A DNA stretch of 64,000 nt from assembly GCA_035491955.1 (NCBI GenBank), contig DATJJU010000015.1, positions 30,440 through 94,439 of the forward strand. The letters are read 5' to 3'. Of this stretch, positions 1 to 11,189 are shown one piece after another (the stretch's first letter is position 1; each line of letters opens with the position of its first letter). Below the pieces are notes generated by a model that had not been told where the DNA came from, ran no database searches, and was given only the letters and a program-made list of their open reading frames with translations. The DNA is from Minisyncoccota bacterium. GTDB lineage: Bacteria > Patescibacteriota > Minisyncoccia > Phycocordibacterales > UBA9973. The position numbers were made by a program, and so were the translations under genes.

Positions 1-2
1 TT

Positions 3-2435
3 AATGCGCTTGATATTTGGGTTCGTGATTCTTTATTCCAAGACTGTTATTTTGGTATTACCAACGGATATGGTGCGGGTAATTTCCGTGCCTACAATAA
101 TATCTTCAGGAATTCTACATATGCCGATATTCAGATTGGTAATACCGGAGAATTTGCCATCCGCGACAATACTTCAACCGATTCCAATATGTTTCTGTTT
201 GCAAGTTTTACAGAAAATCCAGCAAGCATTGTCATGCAAGGCAATACTGTTATTGACTATACCTATACTAATGCCGTAAAAATCGAAGATCAGACAATTC
301 TGACAATGATTGATAATATATTCCGTTCTAGAGCCGATGCATATCCGCCAGTTTTACAGATCACAGGGTATCCAAGTTCCAATGCTACATTGATAGGCAA
401 CAGTTTCAGTCTTCCGAATCCTTACATTGGTCCGAATATTGTGGCATTCCGTAACGAAAGTGTGGATCGAACCAGTTATCCGATGGCAAATCTGCAAGAA
501 CAAATCTTGCCAGGTGTTCGTCCAAATTTTCATCGACAGATTTTCGAAGTACCTACTAATGCGACTACTGCTCAGATCCAGGCAGTTATTAATCAGGCAG
601 TACTAGTATCAGGCAATCGTCCTATCGTTCATATACCAACTGGTACCTATAGTATTAATTCAACCATTTATATTCCGGCTAATACCGATATTCAAGTAGT
701 TGGTGATGGATACGGTCTTGAGAACGGAACCATATTACGATGGACGGGGGCTATCAAAGGACCGATGATCTCTATTGCCGGACCAAGTAAAGCAACCTTA
801 CGCAATCTCACTGTCTGGGGAACAACAGCTACTTCAACTGGTGTCTTTATCGGCAATGCCGACCAGGTCGGAGCTCGAGTCTTTAGTGACCAGCGATTTA
901 GTATTGACTCTACAGGCTTGTTAATGAACCAGGATGATAATGCTGAATATATAGGCGAAGGAGATCAGTTTGCTGGTGAAGCAAAAGCGGTCAGTGTTAT
1001 TGGTGGACCGAAAGCTCAGGCCGGTACTCCTGCGGCTGGAAGAACAGTCATTTATGGAGGTGCAGAATCAGGAAATGCTATTTCTCACGAAGTTACTAAA
1101 AATGGCAACTTGATGATTCGAGATGTGTGGTATGAAGGCAATCCTTCAACTAGTGCTAATCTTATTGATACTGGTACCTATACTTCCGATAATAACCATA
1201 TTGCTCCTGATATTGCGACCAATACACCTTCTGTCGTTATTAATAACTTTAACGGTAGGGCAACATTTGTTGGCGGTGATCTCTCTGATCGTATCTCTCT
1301 CAGTGGTGATGGTACAAATACTAAATTACTCGGTCTCGGCATGTTTGTTGAACAAAAACCTTTCTTAGCCGATGCAAGTAATCCTAGTGCAAATGTAGAA
1401 TTATTGAATGGTCGTTTCCGTGAACAGGATGTGAATACGGGAAGTGGCAGTACTCCCATGCCTGACGTTGGGACGCTCGATCAGTCTTTCGTTACTTCCA
1501 TGTTGACCGACTTCCGAGCAATACATGAGATTACACTCGCTCCATTGGCAGACGGTATTAGCGATGTTCGTATGTTCAGAATAATGACTGTCGGTAATAT
1601 TAGAGGTGTTGATGTGGAGCCTGGCACTAATACGGTGAATAATGTAAAACCTATTCTTGATGCTGGCAGCGACCAAACATTGCAGCTGCCTGACCATCAG
1701 ACCGCTATTCTTGCTGCGACCGCTACGGACCCTGATGGCAAGATTGTTTCGTATAACTGGACTCAGCTAAGTGGACCAACTGACGACACTATTGTTACTC
1801 CGACTACTGCTGCAACAAATGTTATTAACATGAGAACCGATGGTACGTATGTTTTCCAAGTAACAGTAACCGATGATGGCGGTTCACAGACTACTGATAC
1901 AGTAAGTGTTACTGTCAGCGGTACACCTCACGACCTTTCTGGTGGTGGCGGCGGAGGGGGCGGGGGCTCCGGAGGAGGTGGCGGCGGAGGCGGAAGCCAA
2001 GTCCTTAGCACCACTGTTACTCCTTCGGTAGCAAGCGTGCTTACCACTTCTGCAATAGCTACTACTCCTGTTGCTGGCTGTACAGCAACCACTGCATTTA
2101 GTCCGCTGTCTGGTAAGCCTTGTCCAAATTATTCCGCAGGCATTACAGGAACTCTTTCTTCTATCCCAGTCTTTACCAAGACATTAAATCCAGGCGCTCA
2201 TGATCCTGAAGTGATTTTGATCCAACAATATTTGAATGCTCACGGCTTTACTGTAGCAAAAAGCGGTGTCGGTTCTGCTGGTAAAGAAAGCAGCTATTAC
2301 GGTCCGGCCACAAAAGCTGCTATTGCTAAGTACCAAACTGCCCACGCCAAAGACACTCTTGCTCCCGCTGGTCTCAAAAAAGCTACCGGCAACTTCGGCG
2401 CCCTGACCATGGCTGCCTTTAATAGAGGGGAGTAA
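3..2435 (+). CDS. Large secreted/surface protein, 5' truncated by the window: pectin-lyase-like beta-helix, PKD/Ig-like domain, poly-Gly linker, C-terminal peptidoglycan-binding-like domain
   Basis: The frame of ORF 189..2435 is open back to position 3. Motifs: IQAVINQA..IVHIPTGTYSINSTIYIP..VVGDG (pectate_lyase_3-like); DAGSDQTLQLP..ATDPDGKIVSYNWTQLSGP..YVFQVTVTDD (PKD-like); G-rich linker; EVILIQQYLN..YYGPATKAAIAKYQ (PG-binding-like). Confidence 0.75.
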   Translation, partial: NALDIWVRDSLFQDCYFGITNGYGAGNFRAYNNIFRNSTYADIQIGNTGEFAIRDNTSTDSNMFLFASFTENPASIVMQGNTVIDYTYTNAVKIEDQTILTMIDNIFRSRADAYPPVLQITGYPSSNATLIGNSFSLPNPYIGPNIVAFRNESVDRTSYPMANLQEQILPGVRPNFHRQIFEVPTNATTAQIQAVINQAVLVSGNRPIVHIPTGTYSINSTIYIPANTDIQVVGDGYGLENGTILRWTGAIKGPMISIAGPSKATLRNLTVWGTTATSTGVFIGNADQVGARVFSDQRFSIDSTGLLMNQDDNAEYIGEGDQFAGEAKAVSVIGGPKAQAGTPAAGRTVIYGGAESGNAISHEVTKNGNLMIRDVWYEGNPSTSANLIDTGTYTSDNNHIAPDIATNTPSVVINNFNGRATFVGGDLSDRISLSGDGTNTKLLGLGMFVEQKPFLADASNPSANVELLNGRFREQDVNTGSGSTPMPDVGTLDQSFVTSMLTDFRAIHEITLAPLADGISDVRMFRIMTVGNIRGVDVEPGTNTVNNVKPILDAGSDQTLQLPDHQTAILAATATDPDGKIVSYNWTQLSGPTDDTIVTPTTAATNVINMRTDGTYVFQVTVTDDGGSQTTDTVSVTVSGTPHDLSGGGGGGGGGSGGGGGGGGSQVLSTTVTPSVASVLTTSAIATTPVAGCTATTAFSPLSGKPCPNYSAGITGTLSSIPVFTKTLNPGAHDPEVILIQQYLNAHGFTVAKSGVGSAGKESSYYGPATKAAIAKYQTAHAKDTLAPAGLKKATGNFGALTMAAFNRGE

Positions 2436-2436
2436 T

Positions 2437-2465
2437 TTGACAATATTTTACTATTTCTTTATACT
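2437..2465 (+). promoter_or_regulatory. Sigma70-type promoter for the rpoB operon
   Basis: TTGACA-N17-TATACT, about 110 nt upstream of the rpoB ATG. Confidence 0.75.
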
Positions 2466-2575
2466 ATGTGCCTTACAGTGTGAGGAAGGGTTGCGGTAGA
2501 AAACCTGTATATTAGAGCGAAATTTATAGGTAACGCCCACGAGAGGGGACTTCGTGTGGCATTTTTCCATTTTTA

Positions 2576-5500
2576 ATGTCTAAAACAAAAAATACGGACG
2601 TTCGTCCAAAGAAGTACTTTGCGAAGTACAAGAAACCATTTATAGAATTTCCAGATCTTATCCATCACCAGCGTGACTCATTCAATTGGTTGGTAGAAAA
2701 AGGTTTGACTGAAGTATTTAAGGAATTCACTCCTATTCAAGACTATTCTGGCAAGAAATTCCAACTCGACTTCGTATCATTCCATTTGTCTGAGCCGAAA
2801 TTCGATGAACACTATGCCAAGGAAAACAAGCTCTCACTCGAAACACAAATCAAAGCTCGCGTAAAACTCACCAACAAGCAAACTGGTTCTGAAAAGGAGC
2901 AAGAAATTTTCATGGCTGATCTTCCAGTTATGACTCCTCACGGCACCTTCATTATTAACGGTGTTGAGCGCTCAATCATTCCTCAGCTTTCTCGTTCAAG
3001 TGGTATTTTCTTTACTGAGCTTGAAGTGAAAGGCAAGCGCTACTTTGGTGCAAAAATTATTCCAAACCGTGGTGTCTGGATTGAAATCGAATCAGATCCC
3101 GATGGCTCTATATATGTACGTATCGACAAGAAGCGAAAGTTCCCAGCTGTTTCTTTGTTGCGCGCTCTTGGTCTTGAAAATGATGAAGCTATCAAGAAGC
3201 TTTTCAAGAATGAAGCTGCTGCAAAAATGATCGCTCACTCTATCGAAAAAGATCCTGCCAAGAATGCTAGTGATGCATTCGTAGAAATCTACCGTAAGCT
3301 CCGCGATGGCGACCTTGCTACTCCAGACAATGCTCGCGACTTCGTGAACAATCTCTTTTCTGAAGAGCGCTACGACCTTTCTCCAGTAGGACGTTTCCGC
3401 TTCAACAAGCGTTTCGGTCTCGACATGAGCGACAAGGAAATGGAGCGCAAGACTCTTTCTGCTCAGGATATTGCCATCATCCTCAGCAATATCGTTGAAC
3501 TCAACACTACTCCTGGCTCTCATGCTGATGATATCGACAACCTCGCGTCTCGCCGCGTTCGTTTCGTTGGTGAAATGCTTCAGCAGAAGATCTTCACTGG
3601 TTTGACTCAGATCAAGCGTAATGTGCAGGATCGCATGTCTACTATTGATGCATCAAATGCATTGCCTATTCAGGTGGTAAACCAGCGTCCATTGCAGGCT
3701 CGTATCAAAGAGTTCTTCACTACCAACCAGCTTTCACAATTCATGCAGCAGGATAACGTCTTGTCTGAAATTGAAGAATTGCGCATGTTGACCGCATTGG
3801 GTTCAGGCGGTTTGACTCGTGAGCGCGCAACATTGGAAGTGCGTGACGTGCACCCATCTCACTATGGCCGCGTCTGTCCTATTCAGACACCAGAAGGTCC
3901 AAACATTGGTTTGGTATTGCGTCTCTCTATCTACGCTCGCGTGAATGCCTTCGGTATCATCGAAACTCCATACGTCAAAGTAAAGAACGGTAAGATTACC
4001 GGCGAAGTGGAATACTTGAATGCTGCAGAAGAAGAAAAGTGCATTATTGCTCACGCAAGTAATGACTATGATGACAAGGGCAACCTTTCTGAAATGGTAG
4101 AAGCTCGTATTCGTACTAGTCCAGGCATCGTAAAAAAAGAAGAAGTGAACTACATTGACGTTGCTCCAAACCAGGCCTTCTCAGTCGGTACATCAATGAT
4201 TCCATTCGTTGATCACAACGATGCGAACCGTGCCTTGATGGGAAGTAACATGCAGCGACAAGCGGTGCCATTGATTCGTCCAGAAGCACCATTGGTTGGT
4301 ACTGGTGTAGAAGAAGCGGCAGCTCCATATTCAGGACGCCTTATCTTGGCTGAAGAAGCGGGAGAAGTCACTTATGTTGATGCTTCAAAGGTTACTGTCA
4401 AGAATGAAAAAGGGAAGGATAAGACTTATACTCTTGTTTCATTCCAGCGTAACAACAACTTCAATGCATTCCACCAGCGCCCAGTAGTGACACTTGGTCA
4501 GAAATTGAAAAAGGGAGATCTCATTGCTGACATGTCTACTACTGATCGCGGACAAATCGCGCTTGGTCAGAATATGTTCGTAGCATTCATGAGCTGGAAC
4601 GGTGCAAACTTCGAAGACGCTATCATTCTCTCAGAGCGTATTATCAAGGATTCAAAATTCACTTCTATTTATATTGCTGAGTTCGTGTCCGTTGTGCGCG
4701 ACACCAAGCTTGGTCCAGAAGTCACTACTCGTGATATTCCAAACGTTGGCGAAGCTCGCTTGAAGGACCTCGATGAAGACGGCATCATTCGCGTTGGTGC
4801 AGAAGTGAAGGAAGGCGACATCTTGGTAGGTAAGATTACTCCGAAAGGCGAGACAGAACTTACTCCTGAAGAGCGTTTGCTCCGCAGTATCTTCGCCGAA
4901 AAAGCTCGCGATGTGAAAGACACATCATTGAAGATGGATCACGGCAAGCGCGGACGTATTATTCGCGTAAAAGTATTCTCTCGCGATCAAGGACACACCC
5001 TTGAATCAGGTGTGATCAAGAAGATCGTTATTGAAGTCGCTCAGCTTCGAAACATTTCAGTCGGTGACAAGCTGGCTGGCCGCCACGGTAACAAAGGTGT
5101 TATCTCAGTGGTGCTCCCAGAAGAAGACATGCCATACATGGCAGATGGTCGTCCTGTTGATGTTGTGCTGACACCGCTTGGTGTGCCATCACGTATGAAC
5201 CTCGGACAAATTCTCGAATTGCACTTGGGTATGGCTGCAAACGAACTCGGCTATCAGGCCATTGTTCCTCCATTCGCAGGAGCAAGTGATATTGAAATCA
5301 AAGAAGAACTTGTGAAAGCAGGATTGCCAGAAAACGGTCGCGTGCCACTCTTTGATGGACGCACTGGTGAAAAATACGAACAGGATATTGCTGTGGGCTA
5401 CATGTACATCTTGAAGCTGCACCACATGGTCGAAGACAAAATCCACATGCGCTCAATTGGTCCATACTCTCTTATTACTCAGCAGCCATTGGGCGGTAAG

Positions 5501-5779
5501 GCACAAGGCGGTGGTCAGCGTTTCGGAGAAATGGAGGTCTGGGCATTGGAAGGATACGGCGCAGCGCATACGCTTCGCGAAATGCTTACTATTAAGTCCG
5601 ACGATATTCGCGGACGTGCAGCGACATTCGATGCCATTATCAAGAATGAGCCGATAGGTGAACCGAATGTTCCAGCCTCATTCTCGGTCATGTTGAATTA
5701 TCTCCGCGGATTGGCATTGGACGTTGAATTGATCAAGCCAGCACAGGTCGAGGAAGAAGAAGTTAATAACACCAAATAA
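2576..5779 (+). CDS. rpoB: DNA-directed RNA polymerase beta subunit
   Basis: GTFIINGVER, HYGRVCPIQTPEGPNIG, GDKLAGRHGNKG and GGQRFGEMEVWA motifs. Confidence 0.99.
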   Translation: MSKTKNTDVRPKKYFAKYKKPFIEFPDLIHHQRDSFNWLVEKGLTEVFKEFTPIQDYSGKKFQLDFVSFHLSEPKFDEHYAKENKLSLETQIKARVKLTNKQTGSEKEQEIFMADLPVMTPHGTFIINGVERSIIPQLSRSSGIFFTELEVKGKRYFGAKIIPNRGVWIEIESDPDGSIYVRIDKKRKFPAVSLLRALGLENDEAIKKLFKNEAAAKMIAHSIEKDPAKNASDAFVEIYRKLRDGDLATPDNARDFVNNLFSEERYDLSPVGRFRFNKRFGLDMSDKEMERKTLSAQDIAIILSNIVELNTTPGSHADDIDNLASRRVRFVGEMLQQKIFTGLTQIKRNVQDRMSTIDASNALPIQVVNQRPLQARIKEFFTTNQLSQFMQQDNVLSEIEELRMLTALGSGGLTRERATLEVRDVHPSHYGRVCPIQTPEGPNIGLVLRLSIYARVNAFGIIETPYVKVKNGKITGEVEYLNAAEEEKCIIAHASNDYDDKGNLSEMVEARIRTSPGIVKKEEVNYIDVAPNQAFSVGTSMIPFVDHNDANRALMGSNMQRQAVPLIRPEAPLVGTGVEEAAAPYSGRLILAEEAGEVTYVDASKVTVKNEKGKDKTYTLVSFQRNNNFNAFHQRPVVTLGQKLKKGDLIADMSTTDRGQIALGQNMFVAFMSWNGANFEDAIILSERIIKDSKFTSIYIAEFVSVVRDTKLGPEVTTRDIPNVGEARLKDLDEDGIIRVGAEVKEGDILVGKITPKGETELTPEERLLRSIFAEKARDVKDTSLKMDHGKRGRIIRVKVFSRDQGHTLESGVIKKIVIEVAQLRNISVGDKLAGRHGNKGVISVVLPEEDMPYMADGRPVDVVLTPLGVPSRMNLGQILELHLGMAANELGYQAIVPPFAGASDIEIKEELVKAGLPENGRVPLFDGRTGEKYEQDIAVGYMYILKLHHMVEDKIHMRSIGPYSLITQQPLGGKAQGGGQRFGEMEVWALEGYGAAHTLREMLTIKSDDIRGRAATFDAIIKNEPIGEPNVPASFSVMLNYLRGLALDVELIKPAQVEEEEVNNTK

Positions 5780-5780
5780 T

Positions 5781-8700
5781 ATGAAAACATTAGACACAAC
5801 AAATTTTGATAAAATCTCTCTCAAGATCGCAAGTCCTGACGCTATTCGCGAATGGTCATATGGAGAAGTAACAAAACCGGAAACAATCAACTATCGTACT
5901 GGACGCAGTGAGCGCGGAGGCCTCTTCGATGAGCGCATCTTCGGTCCTGAAAAAGACTATGAATGTTATTGCGGTAAGTACAAGCGTATTCGTTACGCTG
6001 GTATTATCTGCGAAAAATGTGGCGTGGAAGTAACTATGGCTATCGTTCGCCGCGAACGCATGGGCCATATTGAATTGGCTTCTCCTGTTGCACATATCTG
6101 GTTCTTGCGTGGCGTACCGTCTCGTATGAGCATCTTGCTTAATGTTTCTCTCAGTGACTTGGAAAAGGTTGTCTACTTTGCCGGCTACATCATTACTACT
6201 GTGCATGAAGACGAACGAGAGCGCATCGTAGCTGAACTTGATGCTGAATTTAAGAACAAGCTCAAGAATGCTGCCGATGAAGACACTCGCGAAAAGTTGC
6301 GCACCCTCCTCACTAATACAAAAAAGGAAATTGCAGAAATCCGCGTTGGTAAGGTATTGAATGAAATCTCATATCACCACTACTCATTGAAGTATGGTTC
6401 TGCATTTGAAGCCGGTGTTGGTGCTGAACCAATTTACCAGCTCTTCAAAGAAATGGATCTTCACAAGCTTAAGGAGTCTACAGAAAAGATGCTTGAAAAG
6501 GCTGGCGCAGCAGAACGTGAAAAGCTTCACAAGCGTTTGTCACTCGTGCGCGGCATGATCTATGCAAACATTCGCCCTGAATGGATGTTCCTCACTGTTA
6601 TTCCAGTTATTCCTCCAGCCATCCGTCCGATGGTGGCATTGGAAGGTGGCCGTCATGCTACTTCCGATATCAACGACCTCTATCGTCGCGTGATCAACCG
6701 AAACAATCGTTTGAAGAAATTGAAAGAAATCGGCGCTCCAGATGTGATCTTGCGTAACGAAAAGCGTATTTTGCAAGAAGCAGTAGACGCATTGATCGAC
6801 AACTCTATCGCCGGACAAGACAGTCCTGCTATGAGTCAGGCTCAGCGTCGTGCGTTGAAGTCTTTGTCAGACAACTTGAAGTCAAAACAAGGTCTCTTCC
6901 GTCAGAACTTGCTCGGTAAGCGTGTTGACTACTCAGCCCGCTCTGTGATCGTTGTTGGTCCGACCCTTCGTTTGAATCAATGCGGTCTTCCAAAGCATAT
7001 GGCCTTGGAACTCTTCCGCCCATTCGTAATCTCAAAGATCATTGAACAAGAGCTTGCGTACAACATTCGCGGTGCCAACAAACTCATCGAAGATGGTATT
7101 CCAGAAGTCTGGGCTATCTTGGAAGAAGTGATCAGAGGCAAGTACGTTATGTTGAACCGTGCTCCGACCTTGCACCGTCTTGGTATTCAGGCCTTCATGC
7201 CAGTATTGGTTGAAGGTAATGCGATCAAGGTGCACCCACTCGTTTGTCCTGCGTTCAACGCCGACTTCGACGGTGACCAAATGATGGTGGCATTGCCTCT
7301 CTCTGATCTTGCTCAAAAGGAAGCGCGTGAATTGATTGCCGCTGACAAGAATATCTTGAAGCCTCAAAACGGTGACTCAATCGTGTCATCAAAAATGTTG
7401 GACATTGTCCTCGGCTGTTACTGGATGACTACTGCTATTGATGGTCAAAAAGGCGAAGGCATGTACTTTGCAAGTCCAAATGAAGCGATCACTACGAACG
7501 ACTTTGATGCTGTTTCTCTTCGTGCCAAGATCAAAGTCTTGGGTACTCAGAAAGGCAAGTACGCTGCGTTTGAAAACAAGCCATTCGAAACAACTATCGG
7601 ACGACTGCTCTTCAATGCAGTATTGCCAAGTGACTTCCCATACATGAACGAAGATATGACTGGTAAGAAAATGGCCGGTGTCGTGGATTCATTGATTGCG
7701 AAATACGGAGTAGACCTTGTCGCTCCAATGCTCGACCGCATTAAGGACTTCGGATACAAGTACGCTACTCGTTCAGGTACAACATGGAGTATTGATAATG
7801 TTATTGTGCCAAAAGAAAAGCCAGCTATCATTGCCAAGTACAAACAGCTTGAAGCCGACATTCGCTCACAGTTCGAAGAAGGTTTGCTTTCTGAAGACGA
7901 GCGCTATGAAAAGGTTATCTCTAACTGGAATAAGGCAAAGAATGAGATTGAAAAAATCTTGCCTGATACTATCGAGAAGCACGGTTCTGTCTATGATATG
8001 GTCATCTCTGGCGCCCGAGGTTCTATGAGTAACGTTACTCAGATGGCGGGTATGAAAGGTTTGATTCAAAACACAACCGGTCGTACTATTGATTTCCCAA
8101 TCATTCCATCATTCAAGGAAGGTCTTTCACCGCTTGAATACTTCATTACTACTCACGGTTCACGTAAAGGTCTGGCCGACACAGCATTGAACACTGCTCG
8201 TGCTGGTTACCTTACTCGTCGTCTTGTTGATGTCTCTCAGGATATCGTGATCACTGAAGAAGACTGTGGAACAAAAGGCGCAAAGCGCATGACTCCTGAA
8301 GTCATCTCTGGTTTGGAAATTCCATTGAGCAAGAGTATTCGTGGACGCGTTTTGGCCAAGGATCTTGTTACAGAAAGCGGTGAAGTGCTCTTCAAGCGTG
8401 GACACCTGCTCGGCAAAGATGATGTAGCATTGGTGGAAGAAAAAGGTGTGAAGGAAGCATATGTTCGTACTCCAATGATATGTAAGACTATCTACGGTAT
8501 TTGTCGACAGTGTTACGGTCTTGATCTCGGACGTAACCACCTTGTCAATCGCGGTGAAGCGGTTGGTATCGTGGCGGCGCAAGCGATCGGTGAGCCAGGT
8601 ACTCAGTTGACTCTTCGTACATTCCACGCCGGCGGTTTGGCAGGTGTCGACATTACATCAGGTCTTCCTCGTGTTGAAGAAGTCTTTGAATGTCGCATTG

Positions 8701-9404
8701 TTAAGAATCCTGCAGCCGTCAACAAGTATGCCGGTACTGTTTCAGAAATTAAAGACAATGCAGGTGAGAAGACTATCGTTGTACTCTCAAACAAAGACAG
8801 TGATGCTAAGAAAGATTCTGTTGAATACACTGCAGGTCCTCGTCGTGTGCCAATCGTAAAAGTGGGGCAAGAAGTAGCGAAGGGCGAATTGCTCACAGAC
8901 GGTTCTGCAAACGTTGAAGAAGTGTATGAATACGGCGGACGTGAAGCAGCGGAAGATTACATTATTCGTGAAATTATCAAAGTGTATGAATTGCAGGGTG
9001 CATCTATTGCCCGCAAGCACTTGGAAATCATCGTTCGTCAGATGTTCTCACGCCGCAAAGTGAAGGATGCTGGAGATACTTCATTCTCACCAGGAGATGT
9101 TATTGAGGCAACCGAGCTCATGGAAGAAAATGCTCGCATGCGTGCAACCGGCCTCAAGGAAGCAAAGGGCGCGCTCATTATCTTGGGTATTACTCAGACT
9201 GCATTGAATGCCAAGAGTTGGATCTCTGCCGCTTCATTCCAGAACACAAACCGTGTCCTCATCACCAACGCTGTGAAGGGCGGTACTGACACACTTCGCG
9301 GTCTTAAGGAAAACGTAACTGTCGGACGATTGATCCCGGCTGGTACAGGCTTCCGCGAGCGCAGTGCTCTCGACATCAACAATATTAAGTTTGACGAGGA
9401 ATAA
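5781..9404 (+). CDS. rpoC: DNA-directed RNA polymerase beta' subunit
   Basis: Catalytic NADFDGD, N-terminal Cys zinc finger, [16 protein letters not shown]. Confidence 0.99.
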   Translation: MKTLDTTNFDKISLKIASPDAIREWSYGEVTKPETINYRTGRSERGGLFDERIFGPEKDYECYCGKYKRIRYAGIICEKCGVEVTMAIVRRERMGHIELASPVAHIWFLRGVPSRMSILLNVSLSDLEKVVYFAGYIITTVHEDERERIVAELDAEFKNKLKNAADEDTREKLRTLLTNTKKEIAEIRVGKVLNEISYHHYSLKYGSAFEAGVGAEPIYQLFKEMDLHKLKESTEKMLEKAGAAEREKLHKRLSLVRGMIYANIRPEWMFLTVIPVIPPAIRPMVALEGGRHATSDINDLYRRVINRNNRLKKLKEIGAPDVILRNEKRILQEAVDALIDNSIAGQDSPAMSQAQRRALKSLSDNLKSKQGLFRQNLLGKRVDYSARSVIVVGPTLRLNQCGLPKHMALELFRPFVISKIIEQELAYNIRGANKLIEDGIPEVWAILEEVIRGKYVMLNRAPTLHRLGIQAFMPVLVEGNAIKVHPLVCPAFNADFDGDQMMVALPLSDLAQKEARELIAADKNILKPQNGDSIVSSKMLDIVLGCYWMTTAIDGQKGEGMYFASPNEAITTNDFDAVSLRAKIKVLGTQKGKYAAFENKPFETTIGRLLFNAVLPSDFPYMNEDMTGKKMAGVVDSLIAKYGVDLVAPMLDRIKDFGYKYATRSGTTWSIDNVIVPKEKPAIIAKYKQLEADIRSQFEEGLLSEDERYEKVISNWNKAKNEIEKILPDTIEKHGSVYDMVISGARGSMSNVTQMAGMKGLIQNTTGRTIDFPIIPSFKEGLSPLEYFITTHGSRKGLADTALNTARAGYLTRRLVDVSQDIVITEEDCGTKGAKRMTPEVISGLEIPLSKSIRGRVLAKDLVTESGEVLFKRGHLLGKDDVALVEEKGVKEAYVRTPMICKTIYGICRQCYGLDLGRNHLVNRGEAVGIVAAQAIGEPGTQLTLRTFHAGGLAGVDITSGLPRVEEVFECRIVKNPAAVNKYAGTVSEIKDNAGEKTIVVLSNKDSDAKKDSVEYTAGPRRVPIVKVGQEVAKGELLTDGSANVEEVYEYGGREAAEDYIIREIIKVYELQGASIARKHLEIIVRQMFSRRKVKDAGDTSFSPGDVIEATELMEENARMRATGLKEAKGALIILGITQTALNAKSWISAASFQNTNRVLITNAVKGGTDTLRGLKENVTVGRLIPAGTGFRERSALDINNIKFDEE

Positions 9405-9406
9405 GA

Positions 9407-11143
9407 ATGGATAACAGGCTGTTCGAACAAATAAAGAATCGCCTGCCTATCACCGAAGTCCTGTCTACCTATATCACGCTGGAACCATCTGGATCTCAGT
9501 ATAAGGCTCGATGTCCCTTTCACAATGAAAAGACTGCGTCGTTTTCGGTCTCACCGGAACGCGGTCTTTACTATTGCTTCGGCTGTGGAGCAAAAGGAGA
9601 CATCTTTAACTTTGTTGAACAATTCGAAGGTGTAGATAGAAAAGGTGCGCTGAAGATATTAGCCGATAGGGCAGGTATTCCACTTACCGCATATCGTACT
9701 ACTGATGACTCATCAGATAGTCTATATGATGCAATGGAAAGTGCTACAAAAAAATATACCACTATCTTGCAAAGTAATACTGAGGCAGTGAACTATCTCA
9801 AGCAGAGAGGGGTAAACGATCAAACTATTGAAGAATTTCGCTTAGGCTATGCTCCGACTGAATGGCGCACACTCTCTTCGAGTCTTGATCAAAAAAGCGC
9901 AGGATTCTATGAACAAGCTGGCCTTGTAAAGAAAACGGAGAAAGGATATTACGACAGATTTCGTGGACGCATTATCTTTCCTATGGCAGACAGCAGTGGC
10001 CGTATCGTGGCATTTTCAGGAAGAATTTTTCCTGAAACGCCCAAAGGAGTCCAAGAGGGGCCGAAATATCTTAATAGTCCAGAAACGGAACTATTCCAAA
10101 AGTCTCGCATACTCTTTGGTTTTGATAAAGCCAAAGCTGCTATTAAAAAACATAACTTTGTCATCTTAGTGGAAGGACAGATGGATCTTATTCTCAGTCA
10201 TCAAGCCGGATTTAAAAATACTGTTGCCACATCTGGTACTGCTGTATCCGAAACCGTTATCGGTGATACAGGTGCGCAGCTCTCGGTGATTGCGCGCCTC
10301 ACACCAAATATCTTCTTAGCATTCGATGGAGACAGTGCCGGACAAAAAGCCCTTGAACGTGCAGCTCTTGTCACATTGTCGCTCGGTATGAATCCAAAAG
10401 TGGTAGCGCTACCGGAAGGTATGGATCCAGCAGATTTTATTGGTGTCGGAGGTCCTGAGCAAAGCGAAGCGTGGAAAGAATTATTGAAAAAAGCTGAACA
10501 CTTTATTCCGCATGTTTTGCATAGTATTCAGCAGGCTAGCACGTCTGCTCATCAATTGAAGCACGCTATTCGTACCAGACTTTTTCCATTTCTCTTGCGC
10601 GTTCAATCAGCAATCGAAAGAAATGTGTATCTTAATCTCATTGCTTCTGAATCAAGCCTTGGTATTAAGGAGGTGAATGATGACTTTTCTAGCTTTATGC
10701 AAGAGAATCAAAAAGAGAAGCAAAATGAATATAATCAAAAAGAAGCAATCGCCATACCTGATGCATTCATCCGCAAGCCCATTAGTCATAGCGAGCGCTT
10801 CATGTCTATCGTGGAAGTGTATCCGGATGAAATGGCAAAAAGCTATCACACAAACCTCGCAAACTATCGCTTCAATAATACACCGATTGATCTTCCTTTG
10901 TTTGAGGGAGATCACAAGGATCGGGCAATCGCTATCATTGAAAGAGAGCTTGCAGGCCTTGATGAAAACCAAAGAGAGGAAATTTTGAAGGAATTGCACG
11001 ATACTATTATTGCGCAATTCTTGGAGCAATTGCGTTTTGAATACGCCATGAAGATGAGCGAGGCGAAACGACAGGGGAATGAGGAAGAAGAACTACAGTA
11101 TCTAGCGCTTCTTCAGAAGATTCACCAGCAATTGAAGATTTGA
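9407..11143 (+). CDS. dnaG: DNA primase
   Basis: [15 protein letters not shown] zinc finger, KYLNSPET, Toprim VEGQMD and FDGDSAG. Confidence 0.97.
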   Translation: MDNRLFEQIKNRLPITEVLSTYITLEPSGSQYKARCPFHNEKTASFSVSPERGLYYCFGCGAKGDIFNFVEQFEGVDRKGALKILADRAGIPLTAYRTTDDSSDSLYDAMESATKKYTTILQSNTEAVNYLKQRGVNDQTIEEFRLGYAPTEWRTLSSSLDQKSAGFYEQAGLVKKTEKGYYDRFRGRIIFPMADSSGRIVAFSGRIFPETPKGVQEGPKYLNSPETELFQKSRILFGFDKAKAAIKKHNFVILVEGQMDLILSHQAGFKNTVATSGTAVSETVIGDTGAQLSVIARLTPNIFLAFDGDSAGQKALERAALVTLSLGMNPKVVALPEGMDPADFIGVGGPEQSEAWKELLKKAEHFIPHVLHSIQQASTSAHQLKHAIRTRLFPFLLRVQSAIERNVYLNLIASESSLGIKEVNDDFSSFMQENQKEKQNEYNQKEAIAIPDAFIRKPISHSERFMSIVEVYPDEMAKSYHTNLANYRFNNTPIDLPLFEGDHKDRAIAIIERELAGLDENQREEILKELHDTIIAQFLEQLRFEYAMKMSEAKRQGNEEEELQYLALLQKIHQQLKI

Positions 11144-11189
11144 CTTTTTCCATTATTTAAAGGATGATACGAAAAGCATTTTAAAAAGT

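Noticed and set aside
1941-1997. GGN-rich low-complexity tract as a DNA repeat or G-quadruplex element
   Set aside because: Fully explained as a poly-Gly linker with mixed codons inside the surface protein.
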